Assembly: GCA_030652805.1 (NCBI GenBank)
Contig: JAUSPT010000032.1
Location: 6,973 to 70,972, forward strand
DNA: 64,000 nt
Direction of reading: 5' to 3'
Source: a bacterium
GTDB taxonomy: Bacteria; JAHJDO01
Shown: positions 1-9,905 of the stretch, piece after piece
How the letters are laid out: each line of letters begins with the position of its first letter
Numbering within the stretch: the stretch's first letter is position 1
Notes under the pieces: model-generated
Databases searched by the model: none
Told to the model about the DNA's origin: nothing
What the model saw: the letters and a program-made list of their open reading frames with translations, nothing else
Position numbers and translations under genes: made by a program

Positions 1-121
1 TTTGCATTTCCTTTACCGTCTAGAACAAGTTTTAGATCAATATTGGTCTCTTTTGTATCACGTTTTACAATTCCTGTTCTTTTCATCTTCTTCTCCATAT
101 TTTTATCCACTACAGCAAGAT

Positions 122-1345
122 TTACCTTGTCTTATCCAATTCAAACGCTTTATGAAGGACTCGTGCGGCTTTTTTGCCTTCTTTCTTATCCACCAAACAT
201 GAAATCTTTATTTCAGACGTGCTTATTGTTCTGATATTTATTTTATTTTTACCAAGTATTTGAAACATCTTTGCAGCAACACCTGCATGGGTTCTCATAC
301 CAATACCTACTATTGAAATCTTAGCTATATTTTTATCACATTCTATTTTCTTAGGATTAACAGTGCTTTTTAATTTATCAGTAACATCAAGTGTTCTCTT
401 TATATCTTCTTTTGCAACAGTAAAAGATATGTCGGCCACTCCTTTTGCGCTTATATTCTGAATAATCATATCTACGTTTATATTTTCATCTGCTATATTA
501 TTGAAAATTGTTCCTGCAATTCCAGGCTTATCTGGAATACCAATAATTGATATCTTTGCCTCATCCTCGTTTAATATAACACTTCTAACTAATGCCTCTT
601 CCATTTTTCCCCTCTCTTTTGATACAACCACTGTACCTGTTTTGTTAATAAAGCTGGATCGTATATGAAGCGGTACTTTAAATCGCTGAGCTATCTGCAT
701 TGAACGCGGCGCCATTACCTTTGCCCCAAGGCTTGCCATTTCCAGCATTTCTTCATAAGTGATGCTTTTAATCTTCTTTGCCTGTGGAATTACCCTTGGA
801 TCTGATGTAAAGACTCCTTCAACATCAGTATATACTTCGCACTCATCTGCGCCTAGAGCTGCAGCAATTGCAATAGCACTCGTATCTGAAGCTCCACGTC
901 CCATGGTTGTTACATCATTATTAATACTTACTCCCTGAAATCCCGCAATAACTACAATCTTTCCTTTTTTAAGTTCTTCTCTTACTCTCTTTGCTCCAAT
1001 CCTCAAGATTCTGGCCTTTGTATGGGATGTGTCAGTAATTATTTCTACCTGAGACCCTGTAAAGGATATTGCATCATATCCTAAAGAGTGTATAGCCATT
1101 GTAATTAGTGCTATTGAGATTCGTTCTCCTGTAGAAAGGAGCATATCCATCTCTCGTCTTGATGGAGAATCTGTTATTTCTGCTGCCATTTTTATCAAAT
1201 TGTCAGTAGTTTTCCCCATAGCAGAAACGACTACTACCACATTATCATATCTATCTCTAGCCTTAACAATCAGTTTCGCTACATGCTTGATTCTCTCTGC
1301 ATTTGCTACTGACGTTCCACCATACTTCTGCACAATAAGACTCAT
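122..1345 (-). CDS. lysC: aspartate kinase
   Basis: 407 aa. N-terminus MSLIVQKYGGTSV and a kinase fold followed by C-terminal ACT-like repeats are typical of aspartokinase. Sits immediately downstream of thrC and hom. Confidence 0.9.
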   Translation of the reverse strand: MSLIVQKYGGTSVANAERIKHVAKLIVKARDRYDNVVVVVSAMGKTTDNLIKMAAEITDSPSRREMDMLLSTGERISIALITMAIHSLGYDAISFTGSQVEIITDTSHTKARILRIGAKRVREELKKGKIVVIAGFQGVSINNDVTTMGRGASDTSAIAIAAALGADECEVYTDVEGVFTSDPRVIPQAKKIKSITYEEMLEMASLGAKVMAPRSMQIAQRFKVPLHIRSSFINKTGTVVVSKERGKMEEALVRSVILNEDEAKISIIGIPDKPGIAGTIFNNIADENINVDMIIQNISAKGVADISFTVAKEDIKRTLDVTDKLKSTVNPKKIECDKNIAKISIVGIGMRTHAGVAAKMFQILGKNKINIRTISTSEIKISCLVDKKEGKKAARVLHKAFELDKTR

Positions 1346-1348
1346 AAT

Positions 1349-2422
1349 TTATATTCCTATAATTCTTAATATACTATTTATGTTCGGTTCTACTGTTATA
1401 GGTTTCTCAACGCTTCCTATTGCGCGATCCGGATCCTTTAAACCATGACCAGTAAGAACACAAACTGTTATCTTTTCTGAATGATTAGCTGAATTCTGCT
1501 GCTTTTTAAAATAATCATCCTTTGCCAATTTAATTATCCCTGCCACACTTGCTGCTGAGGCTGGTTCAACAAAAACCCCATCCTCCTTTGCCAGTAATTT
1601 ATAGGCTTCGAGAATCTCATCATCTGTAACTGCATATATTAGTCCTGATGACTCATCCCTTGCTTCCTCAGCCTTTTTCCAGCTTGCCGGATTACCAATT
1701 CTTATTGCAGTTGCAATAGTCTCAGGATTACGAACAATCTCCCCTCTTACAATGGGCGCTGCTCCCGCTGCCTGAAAGCCCAGCATTTTAGGAAGATTTC
1801 TAATTTTACCTGCTTCCTTATATTCCTTATATCCCATCCAGTACGCAGTAATGTTTCCCGCGTTTCCGACTGGAATTGCATGAAAGTCCGGCGATCTTCC
1901 ACCAAGCTGGTCACAGACTTCAAAAGCACCCGTCTTCTGCCCTTCTATTCTATATGGATTTATGGAATTTACCAGAGTGATAGGATAATTATCTGTTATC
2001 TCCCTGACTAGTTTGAGAGCATTGTCAAAGTTCCCCTTAATGGCAATAACCTTTGCGCCATGGATAAGCGCCTGAGCAAGCTTGCCCATTGCAATTGCAC
2101 CTTCTGGAATTAATACAATGCAATTCAGCCCCGCTCTGGCAGAATATGCAGCGGCCGATGCTGAAGTATTGCCTGTTGATGCGCACATTACTGCCTCTGC
2201 GCCCTTCTCCAACGCCTTTGAAATTGCCATTGTCATTCCACGATCTTTAAAAGAACCTGTTGGATTCGCTCCTTCAAATTTTAGAAATACTCTTGTTCCT
2301 GTTATATTTGAAAGCTTCTCAGAAAAAATTAAAGGAGTATTACCTTCATTTAACGTTACTATCGGAGTAGCTCGAGACACAGGAAGATATTTTCTGTATT
2401 GATTTATAACACCATTCCACAT
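1349..2422 (-). CDS. thrC: threonine synthase (PLP-dependent)
   Basis: 357 aa. PLP-lysine motif TGSFKDRGM. Lies in an operon with hom and lysC. Confidence 0.9.
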   Translation of the reverse strand: MWNGVINQYRKYLPVSRATPIVTLNEGNTPLIFSEKLSNITGTRVFLKFEGANPTGSFKDRGMTMAISKALEKGAEAVMCASTGNTSASAAAYSARAGLNCIVLIPEGAIAMGKLAQALIHGAKVIAIKGNFDNALKLVREITDNYPITLVNSINPYRIEGQKTGAFEVCDQLGGRSPDFHAIPVGNAGNITAYWMGYKEYKEAGKIRNLPKMLGFQAAGAAPIVRGEIVRNPETIATAIRIGNPASWKKAEEARDESSGLIYAVTDDEILEAYKLLAKEDGVFVEPASAASVAGIIKLAKDDYFKKQQNSANHSEKITVCVLTGHGLKDPDRAIGSVEKPITVEPNINSILRIIGI

Positions 2423-2425
2423 AAG

Positions 2426-2971
2426 CTAACTCGCTTTCTTAAAATCTAATCTTTGACTTATTATTAAAATTAGTTTTGCTGATAGATAACCGATCATGCT
2501 GCCTGCAACTATATCTAATGGATAATGAACTCCTATATAGACTCTGGAGAATGCAACCAGAAAAGCCAATAAATAAAATAATAGCCATTTTTTATAATAA
2601 CCAGACAACACTGCAGCCGTTGAAAAAGCAGTCTGAGAATGGCCTGATGGAAATGAGCCTACATATAATTTTTGTCCATATATATTCATATCCATAAATT
2701 GAGACAATGGCCTGGGTCTCTGAATAAGCTCTTTCAAGATATGAACAACTATGCCTCCCAAAAAGATAGTAATTAGTGATATGACGAGTATTAATAAAGC
2801 ATTTTTTCTGTCAAAGATTAATATGCTTACTACTATAAGTGGGATTAGGAAAAAACCATTTCCTAGTTGCGTCAATGTGAACATTACGAATCCCATACAT
2901 GAATTCCAGAGATGCTGATTAATAAATAGGAAAATTGACTGGTCTATTGATATAATGTAGTCAAGCATCAA
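2426..2971 (-). CDS. PAP2-family membrane phosphatase (undecaprenyl-diphosphatase-like)
   Basis: 181 aa, polytopic membrane protein. PAP2 motifs PSGHS and RVYIGVHYPLD are present. Confidence 0.7.
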   Translation of the reverse strand: MMLDYIISIDQSIFLFINQHLWNSCMGFVMFTLTQLGNGFFLIPLIVVSILIFDRKNALLILVISLITIFLGGIVVHILKELIQRPRPLSQFMDMNIYGQKLYVGSFPSGHSQTAFSTAAVLSGYYKKWLLFYLLAFLVAFSRVYIGVHYPLDIVAGSMIGYLSAKLILIISQRLDFKKAS

Positions 2972-4242
2972 TCTTCAACTCGTATGATCACGCTTTTTCT
3001 CTTAATAATATCCAACTTATCAATCTCTCTTATTGCTAAGCAAATATCCTTTTCCTTTGCCTCATGGGTCATCATAATAATTGGAACAGCGCCGCTTTGT
3101 TTTCTATCCTTTTGGATTACTGAAGCTATACTAATCTTACTCCTGCCCAATATGCCGGAAATTTTCGCAAGGACACCCGGTTTATCTACTGCTGAGAATC
3201 TAATATAATACCTTAATTTATTCTCTGATGTTTCTTTAATATCTAAACGATTGGTAAAGGAATAATCATCCATTACATTGCTTTTTGCGCTCATCTTTCC
3301 AACAATGTCAATAATGTCTGAGTAAACAGCATTGGCCGTTGGCATCTGTCCTGCCCCAAGCCCATAGAACATCATCTCTCCGATACTGTCGCCACGTAAA
3401 TATATAGCATTATACACATCGGACACAGAAGAAAGTAAATGTCCCTTGGAAATTAGAACTGGATGCACACGAACATCCAACTTATTTTCTTCTCTATTTG
3501 CTATGGCTAGCGGTTTAATTACATATCCTAATTCCTCAGCGTATTGAATATCCTCTAAAGTTATATTTCTGATTCCCTCTACATAAATGTGCCCCATATC
3601 AACCCTTGTTCTATAAATGATAGAGCTGAGAATTGCTATTTTATGAGCAGAATCAACACCGTCTATATCAAGAGATGCGTCAGCTTCCGCATACCCTAAA
3701 TCTTGAGCGTCTTTTAATGCCGCGGAGAAAGTCTGACCATCCAGAGACATCCTGCTAAGTATAAAATTAGATGTTCCATTAACTATTCCTAAAACAGATG
3801 TTATATCTGATGAACGGAAACTGTCTCTGACAGCTTTTATAATAGGAATGCCCCCTGCGACACTTGCTTCAAATTTTATATACACATTTTTATCTTTTGC
3901 CGCCTGAAAGATCTCATCACCATGAATCGCAAGAAGCGCTTTATTAGCCGTTACAACATGTTTCTTGTTTTTTAGTGCAGTAAGTATAAACTTCTTTGCA
4001 GGTTGTATGCCTCCTATTAACTCTACAATTATATCAATTGAGGGATCATTCAACACTCTGTTTACATCAGTAGTGAGTAAAGCTTTATTAATCTTCACAG
4101 ATCTAGGCGTTGTGATATCTAAATCCACTACATGTTTTAACTCTACCTGTTTCTCCTGCTGAATTATTTTTACAAGACCTGTGCCTATTGTTCCAAACCC
4201 TATAAGCCCAACCTTTTTCATCCCGGTCTCCACTGATTTCAT
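2968..4242 (-). CDS. hom: homoserine dehydrogenase
   Basis: 424 aa. NAD-binding motif GLIGFGTIGTG, a catalytic domain, and a C-terminal ACT domain. Confidence 0.9.
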   Translation of the reverse strand: MKSVETGMKKVGLIGFGTIGTGLVKIIQQEKQVELKHVVDLDITTPRSVKINKALLTTDVNRVLNDPSIDIIVELIGGIQPAKKFILTALKNKKHVVTANKALLAIHGDEIFQAAKDKNVYIKFEASVAGGIPIIKAVRDSFRSSDITSVLGIVNGTSNFILSRMSLDGQTFSAALKDAQDLGYAEADASLDIDGVDSAHKIAILSSIIYRTRVDMGHIYVEGIRNITLEDIQYAEELGYVIKPLAIANREENKLDVRVHPVLISKGHLLSSVSDVYNAIYLRGDSIGEMMFYGLGAGQMPTANAVYSDIIDIVGKMSAKSNVMDDYSFTNRLDIKETSENKLRYYIRFSAVDKPGVLAKISGILGRSKISIASVIQKDRKQSGAVPIIMMTHEAKEKDICLAIREIDKLDIIKRKSVIIRVED

Positions 4243-4430
4243 TAGAAAACTTGAACCATATCTTTTTTAGGTACATATATAATGACAGGATCATTATGCC
4301 CTTTTTTAGCAGCTTTTTCATAAACTTCATTAACATGATCTCCGCTACTAATAACTGTATCGTCTTCAAAGCTTTTAAGTGCTACATACTGCCCACTATA
4401 TTTTTTTTCTTTTACCAACTGAACGGTCAT
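4242..4430 (-). CDS. small conserved protein (DUF5678-like), function unknown
   Basis: 62 aa ORF whose stop overlaps the hom start. Charged, conserved-looking sequence (KKYSGQYVAL...IIYVPKKD). Confidence 0.4.
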   Translation of the reverse strand: MTVQLVKEKKYSGQYVALKSFEDDTVISSGDHVNEVYEKAAKKGHNDPVIIYVPKKDMVQVF

Positions 4431-4526
4431 TGTTATACCCTTCCCCTTTTTTCAGCCTATTAGTCACTTCGCTTTTACCTTAGTATTACGATATCACAAT
4501 GGGATATGTCCCTATTTATTCATTAA

Positions 4527-4823
4527 TCAATCATTTTCGTGTACTGCAGATACTCTGCCATAAATGAACTTAACATAATAAACTTTTAAAATCCCTTTAT
4601 AAACCCACCATTCTTCTTTTACTTCTATTCCAGAAAAAGAAGTAGAATGAGAAATGCGTTTACGTGTAGGTGCACCACAAAGAGACATAACTTCACTTTG
4701 GGACATACCAATCTTAACTTTTTTTGAAACATCTCCAGAGAGAAGACCGCAGGAACTAAGAAGAAAAGAACATATGAGAGTTATTGCAATCCAGAGTTTC
4801 TTGCCCTTCAGTTCATTTTTCAT
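4527..4823 (-). CDS. hypothetical lipoprotein
   Basis: Signal peptide with lipobox LLSSCG. The likely start is the internal Met (MKNELKGKK). Confidence 0.45.
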   Translation of the reverse strand: MKNELKGKKLWIAITLICSFLLSSCGLLSGDVSKKVKIGMSQSEVMSLCGAPTRKRISHSTSFSGIEVKEEWWVYKGILKVYYVKFIYGRVSAVHEND

Positions 4824-5146
4824 AATACCCCTTCCATTCTCCATTTTTTCAATATACCCTTTTCTTTAGAGTTTAGCTTTTCAGAATGATCTAATAGCTT
4901 GGCTACTATTTTTACATTAGTATTTTTATTAATTTTATTTTGAGGAAGCATGCTAGAAACACCTATTGCCTCTTCTTTGTATTTTAATAGCCATTCTGTC
5001 TGTTCTTTTACCAACTTTACTCTGCACATTTTGCCTCCCTTTCCGTTATTTTATCATAAACTGCTGGTTTTATTTTTTAGAAAAGATTCTATTTCTTCAA
5101 TGGCTTGTTTTACGTCATAAAGATATTTTTTGATTTCAAGCAACAT
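4820..5146 (-). pseudogene. decayed HepT (DUF86/HEPN) toxin remnant, frameshifted
   Basis: A 30-codon ORF (MLLEIKKYLYDVKQAIEEIESFLKNKTSSL*) overlaps the MNT stop and matches a HepT N-terminus. A second frame (4820-5029) continues with an EAIG-like segment but lacks the Rx4HxY motif. Confidence 0.35.
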
Positions 5147-5438
5147 AAATATTCTTTCTCGTACGATTTAAACTTTCTTTTAAAAATGGGTTTCTAACCG
5201 ACCCTTCAATTATAATGTCTACGGATCTATGGAAGACATTTCTTAATCTTTCTTTAAGCTCAAAATATCTATCAAAAAGATTGTCGTTTTCTTTTTGAGC
5301 AAATTCAACAATTATGTCTATATCACTACCTGCTCCAAAGTTATCGTTTGTAGCTGACCCAAATAAATCTAATTTTTTAAGATGCAATTCATTGCAAATT
5401 TTACTAACTTTTCCTTCATAGGGTTTTATGTCTAACAT
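5136..5438 (-). CDS. MNT-type nucleotidyltransferase (antitoxin of a HepT/MNT pair)
   Basis: 100 aa. Minimal nucleotidyltransferase motif GSxxxxxxxxxSDIDI (LFGSATNDNFGAGSDIDIIV). Confidence 0.75.
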   Translation of the reverse strand: MLDIKPYEGKVSKICNELHLKKLDLFGSATNDNFGAGSDIDIIVEFAQKENDNLFDRYFELKERLRNVFHRSVDIIIEGSVRNPFLKESLNRTRKNIYVA

Positions 5439-5555
5439 ATTTTTTACTCCTTGAATACTAACTGAATTGTATCACATAATCTTATCATTTTAAATACATG
5501 CCTGAGATTAAATCAGGGGCACATCCTATTTATTCCAAAGACATGTAACATATTA

Positions 5556-5711
5556 TCAATAGTCATCTTCCTTCAGTCTTATTCTTTTGAAGAGATTCTC
5601 TACGGGGATACCTTTTGTTCCATCCGCTATAGCCATTCTACCAGCCTGAACAGCTTTTATAGTTTCTTTATCCTGAAGTTCATCAAGAACATCTGTAAGA
5701 ATATTCGTCAT
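5556..5711 (-). CDS. small ORF (51 aa), hypothetical, translationally coupled to aspC
   Basis: Its ATG overlaps the aspC stop (ATGA). No stop codon for 51 codons. Sequence MTNILTDVLDELQDKETIKAVQAGRMAIADGTKGIPVENLFKRIRLKEDDY. Not in the ORF track because it is under 60 aa. Confidence 0.3.
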   Translation of the reverse strand: MTNILTDVLDELQDKETIKAVQAGRMAIADGTKGIPVENLFKRIRLKEDDY

Positions 5712-6904
5712 CTCAATTCTTTCAATGCGGATTCCATTCTATCAATACCTTCTTTTATGTTCTCCATTGATGTAGCGTATGACATCCTGATGTGGTATGG
5801 AGAGCCAAAGGCAGATCCAGGAATAACGCCGACTTTGGCAATGTCCAACAGGAAATTACAAAAATCAATATCTGTATTTATTCTGTTGCCATTATATTCT
5901 TTCCCGTAATACGCAGATATATTCGGGAATACATAAAAAGCCCCTTTCGGCTTCTGGCATGAGACATTGTCCATATCATTTAATCTTCCTACAATATAAT
6001 CGCGTCTTTTCCCGAACTCATTTACCATTTTAGCAACATCGTTTGTTTTTTTCTGTATGGCAGTTAAAGCCGCTTTTTGAGAAATGGATGTCGGATTGGA
6101 TGTGCTCTGGCTCTGAAGTTTGCCTGCTGCTTTTATTATGTCTGTATCTCCAGCCGCGTAGCCAATTCTCCATCCTGTCATGGAATAGGTTTTTGAAACT
6201 CCATTTACTACTATGGTGCGTTCTTTAATATCACTATTCAAAGACGCTATGCTAATATGTTGTATACCGTCATAAATTATTTCCTCATATATCTCATCTG
6301 CAATTACATAAATATCATGTTTGCAAGCAATATCTGCAATCTCCATTAATTCATCCTTTGAGTACACGGTTCCACATGGATTTGAAGGGCTGTTAATAAT
6401 CAGAATTTTTGTTTTCTCTGTTATAGCATTCTCCAATTCATCAGGTAAGATTTTAAAAGCATTCTTTTCAACGCCTTGTATAAAAACAGGTTTTGCACCG
6501 GCAAGCTTTACCATATCAGGATAGCTAACCCAATATGGTATAGGGATAATAACCTCATCATCCGGATTACACATAACCTGAATGAGGTTATAAAGGGAAT
6601 GCTTTGCTCCGCATGAGACAATAACTTGTTCCGACGTATAATCCAGCCCATTATCATTTCCAAACTTATCGCAAACTGCCTTCTTAAGTTCCAATGTTCC
6701 TGAAGCAGGTGTATATTTTGTGAAGCCATTCTTTATTGAAGATATAGCAGCATTCTTAATATATTCAGGAGTATCAAAATCTGGCTCTCCAGCACTAAAA
6801 CCAATTACATCTATCCCTTGCGCGCGCAATGTCTTTATTTTGGCACTGATAGCTAATGTAGCTGATGGCTTTATGCTTTTTATTCTATCAGATAATTTTT
6901 GCAT
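5708..6904 (-). CDS. aspC: aspartate/aromatic aminotransferase (class I PLP-dependent)
   Basis: 398 aa with class-I aminotransferase fold motifs: a GEPDF N-terminal region and a SKTYSMTGWR lysine region. Confidence 0.85.
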   Translation of the reverse strand: MQKLSDRIKSIKPSATLAISAKIKTLRAQGIDVIGFSAGEPDFDTPEYIKNAAISSIKNGFTKYTPASGTLELKKAVCDKFGNDNGLDYTSEQVIVSCGAKHSLYNLIQVMCNPDDEVIIPIPYWVSYPDMVKLAGAKPVFIQGVEKNAFKILPDELENAITEKTKILIINSPSNPCGTVYSKDELMEIADIACKHDIYVIADEIYEEIIYDGIQHISIASLNSDIKERTIVVNGVSKTYSMTGWRIGYAAGDTDIIKAAGKLQSQSTSNPTSISQKAALTAIQKKTNDVAKMVNEFGKRRDYIVGRLNDMDNVSCQKPKGAFYVFPNISAYYGKEYNGNRINTDIDFCNFLLDIAKVGVIPGSAFGSPYHIRMSYATSMENIKEGIDRMESALKELR

Positions 6905-6908
6905 TTAA

Positions 6909-7151
6909 CTATTCTCCTATCTCTGCCATCTTCTGTCCAACCCTGACTATGTCTCCCTCTTTGACAAGAATATCCTTCAAAACACCAGATACTGGCGCAG
7001 GAACATTAAACGTAGCCTTATCTGTCAGCATCTCAATTACATCATCTCCTTTGTTTATATTATCCCCTTTTTCGCACATCCAAAAGGAAACCGTTGCTTC
7101 TTCAATCCCCTCTCCAAGTTCCGGCAAAATAAAATCCACGCTATTATTCAT
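6909..7151 (-). CDS. stand-alone lipoyl-attachment domain protein
   Basis: 80 aa with the 2-oxoacid dehydrogenase E2 lipoyl-domain signature (PELGEG ... EMLTDKATFNVPAPVSGVL). No catalytic domain. Confidence 0.7.
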   Translation of the reverse strand: MNNSVDFILPELGEGIEEATVSFWMCEKGDNINKGDDVIEMLTDKATFNVPAPVSGVLKDILVKEGDIVRVGQKMAEIGE

Positions 7152-7226
7152 ACTTTAAATTATTCCAAAATTTCTTGCTACGGATTATATAACATAACTA
7201 CTCCTGCAATCAATAACAATAACGTC

Positions 7227-8081
7227 TCAGCTTGCAGATGCAAACAGCTCATCTGCCTTATATGAACTTCTGACAAAAGGACCTGAAGCAATAATAAAAC
7301 CTTTATCTTCGGCAAATTTTTTATATTCCTCAAACATTTCAGGCGTAATAAATTCTTTAACAGGAAAGTGATTTTGTGACGGAGATAAATATTGACCGAG
7401 CGTTAATAAATTACAGCCAACGCTGCTTAAATCGTCCATAACTCTTAAAACTTCTTTTTTTGTTTCTCCAAGCCCCAGCATTATACCTGATTTAGTGACT
7501 ATTTTTGAATCAAACTCTTTTATCATTCCAAGCAAATTAAGAGATATTCTATAATTTGCTTCCTGCCGCACATTCTCATATAAACTTGGAACAGTCTCGA
7601 GATTATGACCAAATACATCAGGCTTGCTCCGAGCAACCTGTTCTACACAATCCTCTTTGCCTTTAAAGTCAGGCGTAAGAATCTCTATTACAACATCCGG
7701 GATATTGCTTCTAATATCCATTATAACATCTGCAAATTGGCCCGCTCCATAATCCTTGAGATCATCTCTTGTTACGGAAGTTATAACAACATATTTTAAT
7801 CTTAATTCATAAACCGCCTTGCTTAATCTTTTCGGCTCATTTTTATCAACTGACAAAGGGATGCCATGCTTTACTGCACAAAATCTACAGTTTCGCGTGC
7901 AAACATCCCCGAGTATCATAAAAGTCGCAGTATGACGAGAAAAACATTCGCCTATATTGGGACACTTTGCGCTTTCACATACTGTATTTAAGCTTAGTTT
8001 TTTAAGAATATGCCTTGTCTCTTCTGTAGCCTTTATATCAGGTATTCTTTTTTTGAGCCAATCAGGTAATCTTTTATGCAT
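7227..8081 (-). CDS. lipA: lipoyl synthase
   Basis: Radical-SAM motif CTRNCRFC plus the N-terminal Cys cluster CESAKCPNIGEC. Confidence 0.9.
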   Translation of the reverse strand: MHKRLPDWLKKRIPDIKATEETRHILKKLSLNTVCESAKCPNIGECFSRHTATFMILGDVCTRNCRFCAVKHGIPLSVDKNEPKRLSKAVYELRLKYVVITSVTRDDLKDYGAGQFADVIMDIRSNIPDVVIEILTPDFKGKEDCVEQVARSKPDVFGHNLETVPSLYENVRQEANYRISLNLLGMIKEFDSKIVTKSGIMLGLGETKKEVLRVMDDLSSVGCNLLTLGQYLSPSQNHFPVKEFITPEMFEEYKKFAEDKGFIIASGPFVRSSYKADELFASAS

Positions 8082-8727
8082 ATCTCATATCTCTACTGAA
8101 ACAATTCCCAAATTCAGTTATAAGAATTTGTTTTGTTTTCTGCATATCAGTTTGTTTTTCTGTTAATTCATCCAGAGACGTTACTTTTTTATCTCTTATA
8201 CCACACGGAGTTATCATCCTAAAATGTTCCTTGTTCGGATTAATATTTATACAAAATCCGTGAAAAGTCGTCCATTTACTCACGCCAATACCTATTGCCG
8301 CAATCTTTTCATTTTCTATCCAAACGCCAGTGTAATTATTTATTCTGCCAGCCGCTATTTTGAAATGCGACAAGAATCTAATTATTACCTCTTCTAAGCT
8401 CCTCAGATAAAGATGTATATCCTTGTTCCATTGTGCAAGATTTATAATTGGATAACCTACTATCTGACCAGGCCCATGATAGGTTATATCCCCTCCCCTA
8501 TCTACCTCGTAAACTTTTATTCCATTTTTTTTCAGAACCTCATTACTGACAAGGATATTTCCCCTGCCGCCTTTTCTGCCTATTGTAAATGTTGGAGGAT
8601 GTTCTGTTAATATAAGTGTGTCTGGAATCTCATTCTTAATCCTTTCAGACAGTATTTTTTTTTGAAGATTATAAACTTCCATATAATCCTTAAGTCCAAT
8701 GTCTAACACATTACATACTGCTTTCAT
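8074..8727 (-). CDS. lipB: lipoyl(octanoyl) transferase
   Basis: 217 aa BPL/LPL catalytic-domain protein. Overlaps the lipA start. Confidence 0.85.
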   Translation of the reverse strand: MKAVCNVLDIGLKDYMEVYNLQKKILSERIKNEIPDTLILTEHPPTFTIGRKGGRGNILVSNEVLKKNGIKVYEVDRGGDITYHGPGQIVGYPIINLAQWNKDIHLYLRSLEEVIIRFLSHFKIAAGRINNYTGVWIENEKIAAIGIGVSKWTTFHGFCININPNKEHFRMITPCGIRDKKVTSLDELTEKQTDMQKTKQILITEFGNCFSRDMRYA

Positions 8728-8807
8728 CTAAATGCCCTTCCTCTTTGTCACAAAATCTATTCATAATTTTTAATTATTTTTTTATAACGTGCGTCTGAGG
8801 CGCGCTG

Positions 8808-9698
8808 TCAGGCGTCGCCTCCAACCGTCTTGTTAGAAGATCTTTTCTTGTCAGTTCTCGGCTCCAAGCACCAGAAATCATCCGTGATTCCCGCGCTCTC
8901 CAACATCTGGCTGGTTTTCTCAAAATCAATGTCATAGTGAGCGGTATGGCAGTCTGAACCGATGCTGAGACGAACTCCCTGCGATTTTAGTTCAGCCAGA
9001 TATTCCAGGTATTGGGAGACAAATCCTTCTGGATAGTGTGGATTCAACAGATTTGCCCCGATATTGATTTCGACCGCCGTATTATGCTTGATCGCCGCTG
9101 CGGCGAACTCTCGATGCATGGATCTCGGAATCACGCTGAAGTCATCAAACCATGGTTCTGCTGGATAATTGTTATTTTCGTCTTTCCAGTGTCCCATCCA
9201 CCACCAGGGATGTGCGACAATATCTACCAGGGGATGAGTTGCTAGAAACATGTTTTGTCTGTGATAATCTCGGATCACGGCCTTACGTTCCATCGGAACG
9301 TACATAGGCCAGTGTGTGCCGCCGATTACGTATTCGATCTGGTATTTCGCTATGTCTTCTGCAGTGATTCCTATCGCAAGGGAACATCCTTGTTGACCAC
9401 CCGAACGCAAGCCGTAGACAGGCTTATCGTGCTGACCGCTCGCGATTTCGTCAAGTTCCCATTGCGACACACAACTCGCCTCAACCCCGAAATGAAAACG
9501 AGAGGAAGGGGCGGTGAACAGGAATTCCTCTCGAGACCTGGCAATATCGGCCAGGTTGTACGGAGTGTGCAAATGATCCGTTAATCCAAAATCGCAAATA
9601 TCCTTTTCCTCTGCTTCACGAACAAGATCTGAGACTGTCATGCAAGCCCCGTCGCATGAGTTCTGTGAATGGATGTGCCAGTCGGATACCAACTTCAT
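8808..9698 (-). CDS. PHP-domain metal-dependent phosphoesterase
   Basis: 296 aa. N-terminal HxH motif (DWHIHS) and further His/Asp ligands characteristic of PHP. Local GC is clearly higher than in the flanks. Confidence 0.6.
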   Translation of the reverse strand: MKLVSDWHIHSQNSCDGACMTVSDLVREAEEKDICDFGLTDHLHTPYNLADIARSREEFLFTAPSSRFHFGVEASCVSQWELDEIASGQHDKPVYGLRSGGQQGCSLAIGITAEDIAKYQIEYVIGGTHWPMYVPMERKAVIRDYHRQNMFLATHPLVDIVAHPWWWMGHWKDENNNYPAEPWFDDFSVIPRSMHREFAAAAIKHNTAVEINIGANLLNPHYPEGFVSQYLEYLAELKSQGVRLSIGSDCHTAHYDIDFEKTSQMLESAGITDDFWCLEPRTDKKRSSNKTVGGDA

Positions 9699-9905
9699 TC
9701 CGTCGACCTTCTAACATTAATCAGTGAACATTTAGTTCTACTTTAATATTACCATAGCTCAGATTGCTTCGTCGTTCCAAAAGATTTCTGAACTTTGCAG
9801 CAAAATTATATTTCAACTTATACAAACGCAAGAATAATTGCAATAGAGAGCATTGACATCATGGTAGAGGTTACAATAATACTGCCATTATAAAGGACGC
9901 TGCTT

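Noticed and set aside
4430-4527. Possible riboswitch or attenuator upstream of the hom-thrC-lysC operon
   Set aside because: No recognisable lysine, SAM or T-box conserved cores could be seen by eye in this 100-nt spacer. This could not be confirmed without a covariance-model search.
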